A stretch of DNA of 64,000 nt from Blastocatellia bacterium UBA7656 (GCA_002483445.1 DLHY01000007.1:86114-150113); one strand, 5' to 3'. Counted from the stretch's first letter, positions 1 through 10,209 are shown. Notes: generated by a model not told the origin, from the letters alone. Numbers and translations: made by a program.

Positions 1-731
1 TCATTGACAGGTATAATCTGGCTCAGGCTCAGGCATTGCTTTATCGCTGCACGGAAATCGATCTGAGAGTCGCCCCCCAGGAGCAGGTGGAGTATCGCCG
101 TTTGTTCGACGCGATAAAAAATTATCGTTTGATTCACCTGATTCGCGGCAGCGCGAAGGAAGGGTATGAGATAAAACTGAGCGGGCCGGTTTCGATTTTT
201 CATCGCTCGCAGAAGTACGGCATTCAGATGGCGGTATTTCTTCCCGCGCTCATCGCGTGTCGGGGTTGGAATATGAGGGCCGAGATCGATTTGAAAGAGC
301 GAGGCAGCGCATTCTTCGAACTAGACAGTCGCCAGAGCAGATTGCGTTCGGATTACTGGATTGAAACTATCGAAGCGAGTCCTGTCGCGGAAAAGTTCGC
401 GGCGCGATGGGCGGATGCGGAATGGAGGTTGGAGCGATGCGGCGAGGTGATCGATCTAGGAGGAGGCGCGTTCATTCCTGATTTCGTTTTGCAACGCAAT
501 GAAGCGGAAAAAGTTTATATCGAGATAATGGGGTTCTGGACGCCGAAATATCTGGCCGAACGATTGAAAGAATTCGAGCGCGCGGGCATGAAGAATTTCA
601 TTCTCGCCGTATCGGATGATCTGCGCGGCAGTCGCGAAGCCCCCCTGAGTCTTCCGCCCAGTGTCGTGACATTCAAGAGCGCGCTCGATCCGAGAGAAGT
701 AAAGTTGGCGATGGAGCGAATATCGGTATAA
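1..731 (+). CDS. DUF790 family protein (Bax1-like putative nuclease), 5'-truncated by window edge
   Basis: Frame is open from base 3 (IDRYNLAQAQALLYR). Motifs SGPVSIF..SQKYG and a C-terminal IPDF..EIMGFWTPKYL PD-(D/E)XK-like motif. Confidence 0.8.
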   Translation, partial: IDRYNLAQAQALLYRCTEIDLRVAPQEQVEYRRLFDAIKNYRLIHLIRGSAKEGYEIKLSGPVSIFHRSQKYGIQMAVFLPALIACRGWNMRAEIDLKERGSAFFELDSRQSRLRSDYWIETIEASPVAEKFAARWADAEWRLERCGEVIDLGGGAFIPDFVLQRNEAEKVYIEIMGFWTPKYLAERLKEFERAGMKNFILAVSDDLRGSREAPLSLPPSVVTFKSALDPREVKLAMERISV

Positions 732-778
732 GCTGATGCGCGTCGCTTACGCAATTCACTAGAACAGGGAGAGCATTT

Positions 779-1831
779 ATGACAAACGCGGACGAGCAAC
801 TCCGAAAGGCCGCTTCTGATGGAAATCTGAGCGGCGTAATCGAAGCGTTGATCGGCGGAGCCGACGTGAATGCGCGCGGGCAGTTCGGCGACACGGCATT
901 GAATGAAGCCGCCGAATACGGCCACATCGAAGTCGTGAAGCATCTCGTCGAATCGGGAGCGGACATTCACAACAAGGGCGGGGCCGACAAGACTCCCATC
1001 ATGAACGCCGCTTTCGCCGGCCACGTCCCCGTCGTGCGATTGCTGCTCGAACACGGGGCGACGATCAACAATGACCTCTTGTCGAGCGTTCAACTCAAGG
1101 TCAGCATACTCGAAGAAAACGCAGAAGCGGGAATGGTGAGACCAGAAGCGGTCGATGCATGGAAAGGGTTTCTCAATTTTCTGATCGCGGCGCGGCTCAA
1201 ACAGGACTTGCCGGAAATCATAGAAGGGTTGTCCGCCCAGGACGCGGAAGAAAAAAAGAACGCCCTTGAGCGCATAGAGTCTGCCGCGAATCGCGGGGTC
1301 GATATTTCAGCCGCTGTGTCTCGGCTCAGTGAAATGATTTCGGACGAAGACGCGGAGACGCGAGGCGCGGCAGGCGCGGCGCTATCGATGCACTATGCCC
1401 GGTCTCAGGACTGGGATCGCCTCCGCGAGTTGTTCGGAACCGGAGATCAGGAAGTGAAGATCGGCGCTATCCCTTCGCTGGTTTACTCGGCGCGAGACAA
1501 GCTCGATGTGTCGCCGATGCTATCGACGATGGTGAATCTTTTGAGCGAGAGTTCACTCAATCTGCGGCACGATGCGGCCATCACTTTGGGCTATGCCGCG
1601 ACCAACGGAATCGATGTATCGAGCGCGATTCCTCAGATAACCAATCTGCTTTCAGATGTGGAGTCTGACGCGCGAAAGATGGCGGCGTGGGCTTTATACC
1701 GAATAGCGAAATACATCTGCGATATCTCCGCATCGGTTCCTGCGCTTCAATCGCTCGCCTCGGATGAAGACGAAGGCGTGCGCGAGATGGCAGCGGAAGC
1801 GTTGACTATGAACGAATCACGGCAAGTGTAA
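779..1831 (+). CDS. Ankyrin repeat + HEAT repeat protein
   Basis: N-terminal ankyrin repeats (GDTALNEAAEYGHIEVVKHLVESGAD) followed by HEAT-like repeats (DEDAETRGAA, DEDEGVREMAAEAL). Confidence 0.85.
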   Translation: MTNADEQLRKAASDGNLSGVIEALIGGADVNARGQFGDTALNEAAEYGHIEVVKHLVESGADIHNKGGADKTPIMNAAFAGHVPVVRLLLEHGATINNDLLSSVQLKVSILEENAEAGMVRPEAVDAWKGFLNFLIAARLKQDLPEIIEGLSAQDAEEKKNALERIESAANRGVDISAAVSRLSEMISDEDAETRGAAGAALSMHYARSQDWDRLRELFGTGDQEVKIGAIPSLVYSARDKLDVSPMLSTMVNLLSESSLNLRHDAAITLGYAATNGIDVSSAIPQITNLLSDVESDARKMAAWALYRIAKYICDISASVPALQSLASDEDEGVREMAAEALTMNESRQV

Positions 1832-1833
1832 AA

Positions 1834-3957
1834 CTACCTCCGCTGAAACTCCGCAGAACCAAGCAGCAAAGAAATCGTCTGAGCCACGCGGCGCGATGCC
1901 GCAGGGTCGAGTTTCGAGCGAGTCATCATCGCCGGATTTGTCTCTCTCGATGCGCGAAGCGCGCGATCATCGACCATCGCGGGTTTAGGTTGCGGAGGAG
2001 GTTCGCTCAGACCTGCGCGCACTGCGCGGCGGCTCTCCGGGGAAAGATCGGTGTGAAGAATCAATGCAGCAAGCTTGTTCGTGAGCAGGTCTGCGTCCGT
2101 TATCGCGTCGGCGGAAACCAGTCGCGCAGGATCGTAACTCGTTCCCGCAACCTGACCCGTAGCCATCGCCGTCAGAAAATTTATTCGGTTGATAAACACT
2201 CCCGCGCTGATCCACGCTTGTGAGTTTTCGCTGTAGCCGGTCGGCGAGGGTTGTTGATAGAGCGGCTGGCCCATGCGACGAATCCATTCGTGAAGCGCAG
2301 GCGAGCCGTTCGTGTCCGCGTCAATCGCCCGAATAGCAGACGCGGCAAGCTCAAGCGGCGATTTCACCTTCGAGCGAAACGACGCGGGCGAATAAAACTC
2401 GGGCGACGCGAAAATCGCGCGCAGCACTTCGCGGATGTCGCCGTCGGTTTTCAAAAATACCTGCGCTATGCGCTCCACGAGTTGCATTGAAGGATTGTCC
2501 GAGATGAATCGCTGGCAGAGTTTTTTAGATATGAATCGCGCAGTCGAAGGATGGCGCGCGAGAATATCTATCACGCGGCGACCGTCAAGGATGCCGCAGC
2601 CCGACTTAATGCTTACGCCCAGCACGGTCTTCGCTCCCGCATCGTGCATCCACGGGCGAAAGAGGAAGCCTCCGCCTTGAAACGGGCGATCAATAGTCCA
2701 GCCCGTCAGACATCGCGCCACTTCCCGAACATCCCGCTCGGTGTATCCGCCATCGACTCCGAGGGTGTGAAGTTCCATCAACTCGCGGGCATAGTTTTCG
2801 TTGATATCCCTTCGTCGCTCAGGCGGGCGAGGCGGTTGATTGATCATCGCCGTGATATCGTTTTGCGGCATCATCGCGGGCGGCGCGGAATTGACTCCCG
2901 GAGCCGGTTGTGCGTTTTGCAGTCTGGGAGGCTGATTGGTCGACGGGCGAGGCTCGCGGGCGTCAGGCGCGGCTGAAAGCCAGTTGTCGAGGTAGTAAAG
3001 CATCGCGGGGCTTTCGGCTACCGCTTGAAGCAGATCGCGGAATCGCCCGAAGGAGTTCGGCCTGATCACGTCTCGCTCGAAGGCGGTGACCATCCAATGC
3101 ACGGCGTCTTTTTGCGCGAAGACGTTGAAGTGATTGAACCAGAAATCCGTCATCACCTCCTGAAGCTGTCGGTTGGCGGACGCGGCGCGAACGAGTTTCT
3201 GTTGAACGAGTTCGACGTAAATCTGAGTCGGGCGACCAAAGACAGGCGGCGGGTTGGGCTGCTTTTCGCGCGCTTCGATGACGTTGGGCGGCGGATAGAA
3301 CTGGTAAAGCTCCGAAGAAGTCATCCTCAGAGTCGAAAGCGCCGAAAGCCTCTGTTCGAGATCGCTGTCGTCTATCGTTTCGGGATTCAACTGCTCTTCG
3401 AGAAATTTGTTTATGCCGATCAATCGCACGCGCTCGGCATCTCCCGGGCGCGGCCCGAAGGTCGCGCGATTGAGCAGATGGATTATCTTTTGATCTTCGG
3501 TCAACCGTTGAGCGCGACCAACTGACGGGATGAGCTTTTCGGAATCGGCGAGAGCCGCGCTCACCGTCGACCGCGCGCGCGGAGCGATGTTGACAGCCAC
3601 GAACGGCGGCGGTATCGGAACAGGCAGGCGGGCGTTGAGAGTTGCGAGTTTGGTTTTCTGCTCGTCTGTCAGATGAGTGGAGAACTCTTCTCGAAATGCG
3701 CGCTGCTCCTGCTCGGCATCCATTTGAAGCTGAGGCGAAAAGGGCTGCGACCGGGCGCGGCGTTGAAGTTCGAAAACCCTGGGCGCGTGAGCGGCGAGAA
3801 TCTGCCGGAGCGCCGCGATCTGATCGGACGTGAGCGCGAGAGCCTGACTGATTCGCGTTATCATAGGCTCGAACAATCGCGCGTCCTGCTGCGCTCTGAC
3901 AGTCGGCGCGATAATCGCGCACGAAAGAATGAAGGGGAGAAGCCATCTCAATCGCAT
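1834..3957 (-). CDS. DUF1800 family exported protein with N-terminal LTxxQ helical extension
   Basis: HLLNRATFGPRPG, FWFNHFNV, PAMLYYLDN, NENYARELMELHTLGV and C-terminal SAEFQRR. Start reassigned to MRLRWLL (signal peptide, GGAGG SD). Confidence 0.85.
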   Translation of the reverse strand: MRLRWLLPFILSCAIIAPTVRAQQDARLFEPMITRISQALALTSDQIAALRQILAAHAPRVFELQRRARSQPFSPQLQMDAEQEQRAFREEFSTHLTDEQKTKLATLNARLPVPIPPPFVAVNIAPRARSTVSAALADSEKLIPSVGRAQRLTEDQKIIHLLNRATFGPRPGDAERVRLIGINKFLEEQLNPETIDDSDLEQRLSALSTLRMTSSELYQFYPPPNVIEAREKQPNPPPVFGRPTQIYVELVQQKLVRAASANRQLQEVMTDFWFNHFNVFAQKDAVHWMVTAFERDVIRPNSFGRFRDLLQAVAESPAMLYYLDNWLSAAPDAREPRPSTNQPPRLQNAQPAPGVNSAPPAMMPQNDITAMINQPPRPPERRRDINENYARELMELHTLGVDGGYTERDVREVARCLTGWTIDRPFQGGGFLFRPWMHDAGAKTVLGVSIKSGCGILDGRRVIDILARHPSTARFISKKLCQRFISDNPSMQLVERIAQVFLKTDGDIREVLRAIFASPEFYSPASFRSKVKSPLELAASAIRAIDADTNGSPALHEWIRRMGQPLYQQPSPTGYSENSQAWISAGVFINRINFLTAMATGQVAGTSYDPARLVSADAITDADLLTNKLAALILHTDLSPESRRAVRAGLSEPPPQPKPAMVDDRALRASRETNPAMMTRSKLDPAASRRVAQTISLLLGSAEFQRR

Positions 3958-4449
3958 AGCGCCCTCCTGCGAATCGATAATCGGGAGATGACCTGATGGT
4001 ATACCAAATTCGCGAATGATGGAACAGCCCCGGCGCGGCTGCCCGAAAGGCTTTATCAACCGAAAAATCTGGCGTATATTAGCTCTGGCTTTTGTCTCAG
4101 GTGTCTTTTGAGCCGTTTGCTCGACACAAGGCGAGAGGGTGCATAAAAGATCGAAGGCGTCACAATGAGCGCAACTCTTCCATAGGCTTCCAATCGTCTC
4201 AACAACGCCTTCCATCAGGAGTACAGATCAGACAGCAGGGAAAAGATAGTCGAATTTTCCCTCTGCCCCCGAAATCAGGATATCTGCAAAGCTACAGCGC
4301 GCGACTACAGCGCTGTCAGGCTGTCGATTCCCCAGGGCTGGTAGACATCTCCCTCTGACATGCAGTTTCACAGCAGTGAAATTGCGCTCAGACGCCAGGT
4401 CTGAAATCAAGGTCAGAGCGTCAGGAAAGAGCAAAGGAAACCTAAGCTT

Positions 4450-7400
4450 ATGACCGGCAGGCATATTCTCATCGTCGAAGACGAAAGCGCGACTGCGGAA
4501 AATCTGAGGGCCAGCCTTGAACAGTTCGGCTATGATGCGGCTGTTGCCCGCACAAAAGAGGAGGCCGTCAGCAAAGCTCAGGAACATCGCCCCGACCTTT
4601 TGCTCATCGATGCCGCGCTGGACGAAGACGATGGGGTAGAGGCGGCGATCAGGGTACAGGCATCGTGCAATGCTCCAGTCGTGTACCTAGCCGATTACTC
4701 CGATGAAAAGTCTCTGGAGAGGATCAGAATCGCCGAGCATAATGGGTATGTCTCCAAGCCTTATGAGGAGAAGGAACTGCGCGTGGCGCTTGAGATGGCT
4801 CTCTATGATCACAGCAATCTGCTGGCGCGGGCGGAGGAAAAGATTGAGGCGAGCGAGAAGAAGTTTCAGAGCCTTTTGGAATCCGCGCCTGACGGAATGG
4901 TGGTGAGCGATCAGCAGGGAATCATCCTGATGGTCAACGGTCAGGCTGAAAAGATGTTCGGATACGGGGCCGATGAATTGCTCGGACAGCCGATTGAAAT
5001 GCTGCTGTCGGAGCGAATCAGACAGGCGCACGTCGAGCATCGCGAAAAATATTACGCCAGCGGCGTCACACGCCCCATGGGAACGGGGCTGGACATCTAT
5101 GCAAAACGCAGGGATGGAAGCAAGTTTCTTGTCGACATAAGTCTCAGCACGCTCAAATCGGACGGCGGTTTTCTCGTCACCAGCACCATCCGCGACGTAA
5201 CCATTCGCAAACGCGTTGAACAAACTCTGCGCAATAGTGAAAAGTTCGTCAGTTCGGTGCTCAATTCGCTCGCGGCCAATATAGCGGTCATAAACAAAAG
5301 GGGTGATATTCTGGCGGTCAATCAGACGTGGGAACAGTTCGCTCGCGATAATGATGGCGCGGATATTTCCCGCATCTGGGTTGGAGCAAATTACCTGGAG
5401 GCAATCCGCAAGGCTGAAGGTACGTTTGCCGAAGAAGCGCCTCGCGCGCTTGCAGGAATTCAGGCAGTGCTCAACGGCGAAACGGAGGAATTCTCTCTGG
5501 AGTATCCGTGTCATTCGGCGGACGAGAAACGATGGTTTCTGATGTACGCAACTCCGCTTGCGACCGAAGAGGGCGGCGCGGTCATCTCGCATTTCAACAT
5601 CACCGAGCGCAAGCAGGCTGAAGAAGCCCTGCGCGAAAGCGAATCCCTCTTTCGCGCTCTGGCCGAGACTTCCTCAGCGGCAATCTACATCTACCGGGGA
5701 TCGAAATACCTGTATGCAAGTCCGAGCGCCGAAACGATGACCGGCTACACGCGGGACGAGTTGCTCTCGATGGATATATCGGGGCCGATTCATCCCGATC
5801 ACCGGGAGCTTGTGAGAAAGCGATCTGAGGCTCGGCAGCGCGGCGAGCAGGTTCCTGCGCGCTATGAGGTCAGGCTGTTGACCAAAACGGGCGAGGAGCG
5901 ATGGGCTGATATAAGCGCGGCTCCCATACTGTTTCAGGGCGAGATGGCGGTGATTGTGACTTCCTTCGACATCACCGAGCGAAAGCAGGCCGAAGAGGCT
6001 ATGCGCAACCTGGTTGCGGGAACGGCTTCGGTGACTGGCGAAGAGTTTTTCGCCACATTCGTCCGGCATCTGGCGGCCTCGCTCGGCGTCCGCTACTCGA
6101 TACTGACCGAAACGGTCGACGACCGGAAAGACAGGCTGCGTATTCTGGCATCATGGGGAAGCGACAAGTTCCTGCCCAACATCGAGTACCAAGTCGCAGG
6201 CACGCCCTGCGAAGAAGTCATCAAAGAGGGCAGAGTAGTTTATTATCCCGACCACCTTCAGCAACTCTTCAGCCAGGACAGCGACCTGGTTGAGATGGAA
6301 GCGGAGAGCTATCTCGCCGCTCCACTCATCAGCCAGGCAGGGGCGACACTGGGCCATCTTTGCATCATCGATGACAAGCCGCTGCTCAACGCCGAGATGG
6401 CCCGTTCTCTGATAAGCATATTCGCGGCGAGGGCTTCAGCAGAGCTTGAGCGCAAGCGAACCGAAGAAGCCCTGCGAAAAAGCGAGGAGCGATTATCGCT
6501 GGCCCTCGATGCTGCAAGCGTGGGAACGTGGGACTGGAATTTAGTCACCGGGAAGATCATCTGGGGCGGTCATCATCACACGCTGTTCGGTTTTTCCGAA
6601 GGTCGATTCGATGGCACTTATGAGAAATTCGAGCTATGCGTTCATCCCGATGATATGGCATCGCTCAACGTCGCAGTCGCGCGAGCCAGAGATAATCACG
6701 CAGAATACGATCACGAATTCCGCGTCGTATGGCCCGACGGTTCGATCCACTGGGTTCACGGCATGGGAGCGTTTCATTACGACCAGCAGGGGCGTCCAGT
6801 AAGGATGGTCGGCGCAGTCGTCGATACGACCGAGCGCAGGAAGGCTGAAGAAGCGTTGCGCAATCTGGTGGAGGGGACGGCTTCGGCCACGGGAGAAGAG
6901 TTCTTCACCACGCTGGTTCGCCATCTGGCCGCCGCGCTCGATGTCCGCTATGCCATGCTGACCGAATCGATGGACAGCGAAGCGAAGAAGTTGCGCATTC
7001 CCGCCTGCTGGGCAGGCGACAGATTGATGCCCGACTTCGAACAAACCAATCCCAACACTCCCTGCGGCGCGGCCATCAGAGAGAAAAAGACCGTCTACTA
7101 CAAGGATCGCCTTCAGCAGCATTTTCCCGATGTCAAAGCGTTCGCTGATATGGGAGCCGTGAGCTATCTCGGCATTCCGCTTGTGAACAGATCGGGAAAA
7201 GCTCTGGGCAGTCTTTGCATTTTCGACGACAAGCCGCTGGCGGATGTCGCGCTTGCCGAATCGATTCTGAGCATATTCGCCGCGCGGGCTTCGGCTGAGA
7301 TGGAGCGCAAGCAGGCAGAGGAGTCTCTGCGACAGGCTGAAGAGCGTTATCGCTCGATCGTGGAAAACGCCGCTTATGGCATATTGCTTTCGACTCCCTC

Positions 7401-8850
7401 GGGCCGATTCCTCGCAGTCAATCCCGCAATGGTCGCGATGCTGGGCTATGAATCAGCCGAAGAATTGATGAAGGTCAACATCTCAACCGACATCTACGTC
7501 AACCCGGAAGACCGGACGCGACTAATCGAGCGTTACGTGCCGGAAGGAAGGATCGAAAACGTCGAAGTTGACTGGAAACGCAAGGACGGCTCGCTGATCA
7601 CGGTCAAGCTCAGAGGTCGCCTGATCGAGGACGAGGAGGGTAAACCCGAAAGCTTCGAGATACTGGTGGAAGATGTCACCGAGCGACGACATCTCGAAGC
7701 TCAGCTTCGCCAGTCTCAAAGGATGGAATCCATCGGTCAGCTTGCGGGCGGAGTGGCTCACGATTTCAACAATCTGCTCACGGCCATCATAGGCTATTCG
7801 GAAATCCTGTTGACGAACGTCAGCAGGGACGACCCGCGAAGAATGAGCGTGGAAGAAATCAGCCGCGCGGGCAAGCGCGCCGCCGAACTCACGCGCCAGT
7901 TGCTGGCCTTCAGCCGCAAGCAGATATTGCAACCCAGAATCATCAGCCTCAATTCAGTCATCAGCGATCTGGAAAGGATGCTCAGTCGTCTCATCGGCGA
8001 GGACGTTGAAATGATAACGCGACTCGATCCCGACCTCGGACTGGTGAAAGCTGATCCGGGCCAGATCGAGCAGGTGATCATGAATCTGGTCGTCAACGCC
8101 CGCGACGCTATGCCTCAAGGCGGCGTGCTTATGATCGAAACCATGAACGCAGAGCTTGACGAGAGCTACGCGCGCCGTCACATAGGCGTCGAGCCGGGGC
8201 CGTATGTGCTGACGGCGATAAGCGACACCGGAATAGGAATGGGCGAAGAAACTCAATCGCACATCTTCGAGCCTTTCTTCACTACCAAAGAACAGGGCAA
8301 GGGAACGGGCCTCGGCCTTTCGACCGTCTACGGCATAATCAAACAAAGCGGCGGCAATATATGGGTATACAGTGAAGCAGACAAGGGAACCACCTTCAAG
8401 ATATACCTGCCAAGAGTAAATGAAGAAGAGACAGACGAGGAGGCGGAAGCGAAGCAGATAGAAACGCCGTGCGGCTCGGAAACCATACTCATAGTCGAAG
8501 ACGAAGACCTTGTGCGCAGGCTGGCGGTTGATGTGCTTGAGGATATCGGCTACAGAGTTCACGAAGCGAAAGACGGTTTTGAGGCGCTTGAAATCTGCGA
8601 GCAGCGCAGCGAGCCGATTCATCTTATGCTCACAGATGTAGTGATGCCGCAGATGAGCGGTCGCGATCTGGCTCGAAGGGTTGCCGGCCTCAGACCTGAG
8701 ATGAAAACGCTTTACATGTCAGGCTACACCGGGACGGCTATCGTCAGTCAAAACATCATCGATGCCGAGAAGGCTTTCCTCCAAAAACCGTTCACGCCTA
8801 AGAGTCTTGCGCAAAAGGTTCGCGAGGCGCTCGATGCCAAAAGCGATTAG
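4450..8850 (+). CDS. Hybrid sensor histidine kinase (REC-PAS x3-GAF-PAS-GAF-PAS-HisKA-HATPase-REC)
   Basis: GQLAGGVAHDFNNLL H-box, FEPFFTTK/GTGLGL, N- and C-terminal receiver domains, repeated PAS and GAF modules, no transmembrane segment. Confidence 0.95.
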   Translation: MTGRHILIVEDESATAENLRASLEQFGYDAAVARTKEEAVSKAQEHRPDLLLIDAALDEDDGVEAAIRVQASCNAPVVYLADYSDEKSLERIRIAEHNGYVSKPYEEKELRVALEMALYDHSNLLARAEEKIEASEKKFQSLLESAPDGMVVSDQQGIILMVNGQAEKMFGYGADELLGQPIEMLLSERIRQAHVEHREKYYASGVTRPMGTGLDIYAKRRDGSKFLVDISLSTLKSDGGFLVTSTIRDVTIRKRVEQTLRNSEKFVSSVLNSLAANIAVINKRGDILAVNQTWEQFARDNDGADISRIWVGANYLEAIRKAEGTFAEEAPRALAGIQAVLNGETEEFSLEYPCHSADEKRWFLMYATPLATEEGGAVISHFNITERKQAEEALRESESLFRALAETSSAAIYIYRGSKYLYASPSAETMTGYTRDELLSMDISGPIHPDHRELVRKRSEARQRGEQVPARYEVRLLTKTGEERWADISAAPILFQGEMAVIVTSFDITERKQAEEAMRNLVAGTASVTGEEFFATFVRHLAASLGVRYSILTETVDDRKDRLRILASWGSDKFLPNIEYQVAGTPCEEVIKEGRVVYYPDHLQQLFSQDSDLVEMEAESYLAAPLISQAGATLGHLCIIDDKPLLNAEMARSLISIFAARASAELERKRTEEALRKSEERLSLALDAASVGTWDWNLVTGKIIWGGHHHTLFGFSEGRFDGTYEKFELCVHPDDMASLNVAVARARDNHAEYDHEFRVVWPDGSIHWVHGMGAFHYDQQGRPVRMVGAVVDTTERRKAEEALRNLVEGTASATGEEFFTTLVRHLAAALDVRYAMLTESMDSEAKKLRIPACWAGDRLMPDFEQTNPNTPCGAAIREKKTVYYKDRLQQHFPDVKAFADMGAVSYLGIPLVNRSGKALGSLCIFDDKPLADVALAESILSIFAARASAEMERKQAEESLRQAEERYRSIVENAAYGILLSTPSGRFLAVNPAMVAMLGYESAEELMKVNISTDIYVNPEDRTRLIERYVPEGRIENVEVDWKRKDGSLITVKLRGRLIEDEEGKPESFEILVEDVTERRHLEAQLRQSQRMESIGQLAGGVAHDFNNLLTAIIGYSEILLTNVSRDDPRRMSVEEISRAGKRAAELTRQLLAFSRKQILQPRIISLNSVISDLERMLSRLIGEDVEMITRLDPDLGLVKADPGQIEQVIMNLVVNARDAMPQGGVLMIETMNAELDESYARRHIGVEPGPYVLTAISDTGIGMGEETQSHIFEPFFTTKEQGKGTGLGLSTVYGIIKQSGGNIWVYSEADKGTTFKIYLPRVNEEETDEEAEAKQIETPCGSETILIVEDEDLVRRLAVDVLEDIGYRVHEAKDGFEALEICEQRSEPIHLMLTDVVMPQMSGRDLARRVAGLRPEMKTLYMSGYTGTAIVSQNIIDAEKAFLQKPFTPKSLAQKVREALDAKSD

Positions 8851-8955
8851 AAAGGCAAAAGGCAAAAACTGAAATCTTCGCGGCAGAAGGCGATTCCCTC
8901 AGAGTGAAAAAGCATCCCTACTTTTTCATTTTGCCTTTTTACTTTGCCTTCCTGC

Positions 8956-9675
8956 TCATGCGCCGAGATAAGCGGCCCTCACCCGTTCATCGTCCAGCAA
9001 CTCTCGGCCCGCGCCTTCCAGAACCACCCGCCCGTTTTCCAGCACGTAAGCGCGGTCGGCCAGTTTCAAACTCTGCTGGACGTTCTGCTCGACGAGCATC
9101 ACGGTGATTCCATCCCTGTTGAGCCTGCGTATTATGTCGAACATTTCGCGGACGATTATCGGCGCAAGTCCGAGGCTCGGCTCATCAAGCATCAGCAGTC
9201 GCGGGCGGGCCATCAATCCGCGCCCTATGGCTACCATCTGCTGCTCGCCGCCCGAAAGCGTGCCTGCCAGTTGTCGCTCGCGCTCTTTGAGTTTAGGAAA
9301 GAGAGAAAAGACCTCATCGATGGTGTCTGAGTGATGACGGCGAGCCGCGGGGCTTATGGCTCCAAGCTCAAGATTTTCTCTTACGGTCATCATCGGAAAG
9401 AGCCTTCGGCCTTCCGGCACATGAGCTATGCCGCGCGCCGCTACTTTGTGCGATGGCAGTTTTTCGATATGTTCGCCGTCGAAAATTATCTGGCCCGATG
9501 CGCAGGCAACCGCGCTCGATATTGTTTTCAGAGTGGTAGTCTTTCCTGCGCCGTTGGCTCCGACGATGGTGGCGATCTCTCCTTCGCGCACAGCGAGCGA
9601 GACTCCCCAGAGTACCTGAACGTCGCCGTATCGAGCGGTCACATCGCGGAGTTCGAGCAGAGTTTTTTCTTTCAA
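8956..9675 (-). CDS. livF: Branched-chain amino acid ABC transporter ATP-binding protein (LivF-like)
   Basis: GANGAGKTT, HVPEGRRLF, LSGGEQQM, LDEPSLGLAP and C-terminal VRAAYLG. Probable TTG start with GGAG SD. Confidence 0.85.
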   Translation of the reverse strand: MKEKTLLELRDVTARYGDVQVLWGVSLAVREGEIATIVGANGAGKTTTLKTISSAVACASGQIIFDGEHIEKLPSHKVAARGIAHVPEGRRLFPMMTVRENLELGAISPAARRHHSDTIDEVFSLFPKLKERERQLAGTLSGGEQQMVAIGRGLMARPRLLMLDEPSLGLAPIIVREMFDIIRRLNRDGITVMLVEQNVQQSLKLADRAYVLENGRVVLEGAGRELLDDERVRAAYLGA

Positions 9676-9771
9676 TCCATTCTCCGAAAGAGATTGTGTC
9701 GAGGCGGACGAGTCAATATAAGGTGTCGAATGAAAAGACACAAGCGCAGGAGAGAATTGATTCTGCCGCGG

Positions 9772-9801
9772 TTGACACTTCCCCGCTCGCTTTGCTAGTT
9801 T
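9772..9801 (+). promoter_or_regulatory. Sigma70-type promoter of tRNA-Asn
   Basis: TTGACA (9772-9777), 18-bp spacer, TGcTAGTTT extended -10, about 29 bp upstream of the tRNA. Confidence 0.6.
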
Positions 9802-9829
9802 ACCCATTCCTTCGCGAGAAGGAATTTGA

Positions 9830-10147
9830 TCCTGAGTAGCTCAACGGTAGAGCATCCGGCTGTGACGATGGAAAATCGCAGCTTCCACAGGCGACTGTGG
9901 TTGAAAAATCGGGTGAATTCAGGAAACCCTAAACCGACGCGAGTCGGCATGGCAATCCTGAGCGAAGCCTGCTGAAAGGCATCACAGTAAGCAGGAACGT
10001 GCAGAGACTTAGGGATTGAGGAGCCTGACCGATAAAATCCCGTAAGCGCCCGACAACTCTCAGAGTTGATGAGATAGTCCGCGCCTGAGCGAAAGCTCAG
10101 GATAAAGCGTAACCGGAGGGTTGTAGGTTCGAATCCTACCTCAGGAG
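9830..10147 (+). tRNA. tRNA-Asn(GUU), intron-containing; exons 9830-9863 and 10110-10147
   Basis: Spliced cloverleaf: acceptor TCCTGAG/CTCAGGA, D stem GCTC/GAGC, anticodon stem TCCGG/CCGGA with loop CT-GTT-AA, T arm GTAGG-TTCGAAT-CCTAC. U1-A72 and G73 are typical of bacterial tRNA-Asn. CCA is not encoded. Confidence 0.93.
9864..10109 (+). ncRNA. Group I intron (246 nt, no ORF) between tRNA positions 35 and 36
   Basis: P1 GCUGU/GCAGC with U9863-G9878 wobble at the 5' splice site; P2 with GCGA loop (9885-9900); P3 UCGGGUG/CGCCCGA; P AAUUCAGGAAA; Q AAUCCUGAGC; R GUGCAGAGACUUA; S GAUGAGAUAGUCC; P8; P9 CCUGAGC-GAAA-GCUCAGG; terminal G10109. Confidence 0.92.
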
Positions 10148-10155
10148 CTTTTTCA

Positions 10156-10195
10156 AAATCCCTGCGGATCGTTTTACCCGCAGGGATTTTTCTTT
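10156..10195. terminator. Intrinsic terminator, probably bidirectional
   Basis: AAAATCCCTGCGG...CCGCAGGGATTTTT hairpin between the convergent tRNA and aldo/keto reductase genes. Confidence 0.8.
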
Positions 10196-10209
10196 GTCTT
10201 CACCTGATT

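Noticed and set aside
5980..7330. Internal duplication of GAF modules in the hybrid kinase
   Set aside because: Module duplication is routine in multi-sensor kinases.
9830..10147. Alternative reading as tRNA-Thr(CGU) with intron 9862-10107 at position 33/34
   Set aside because: This also gives a 7-nt loop and a terminal G, but P1 places the U-G wobble at U9863, and U1-A72/G73 fit Asn rather than Thr (G1-C72).
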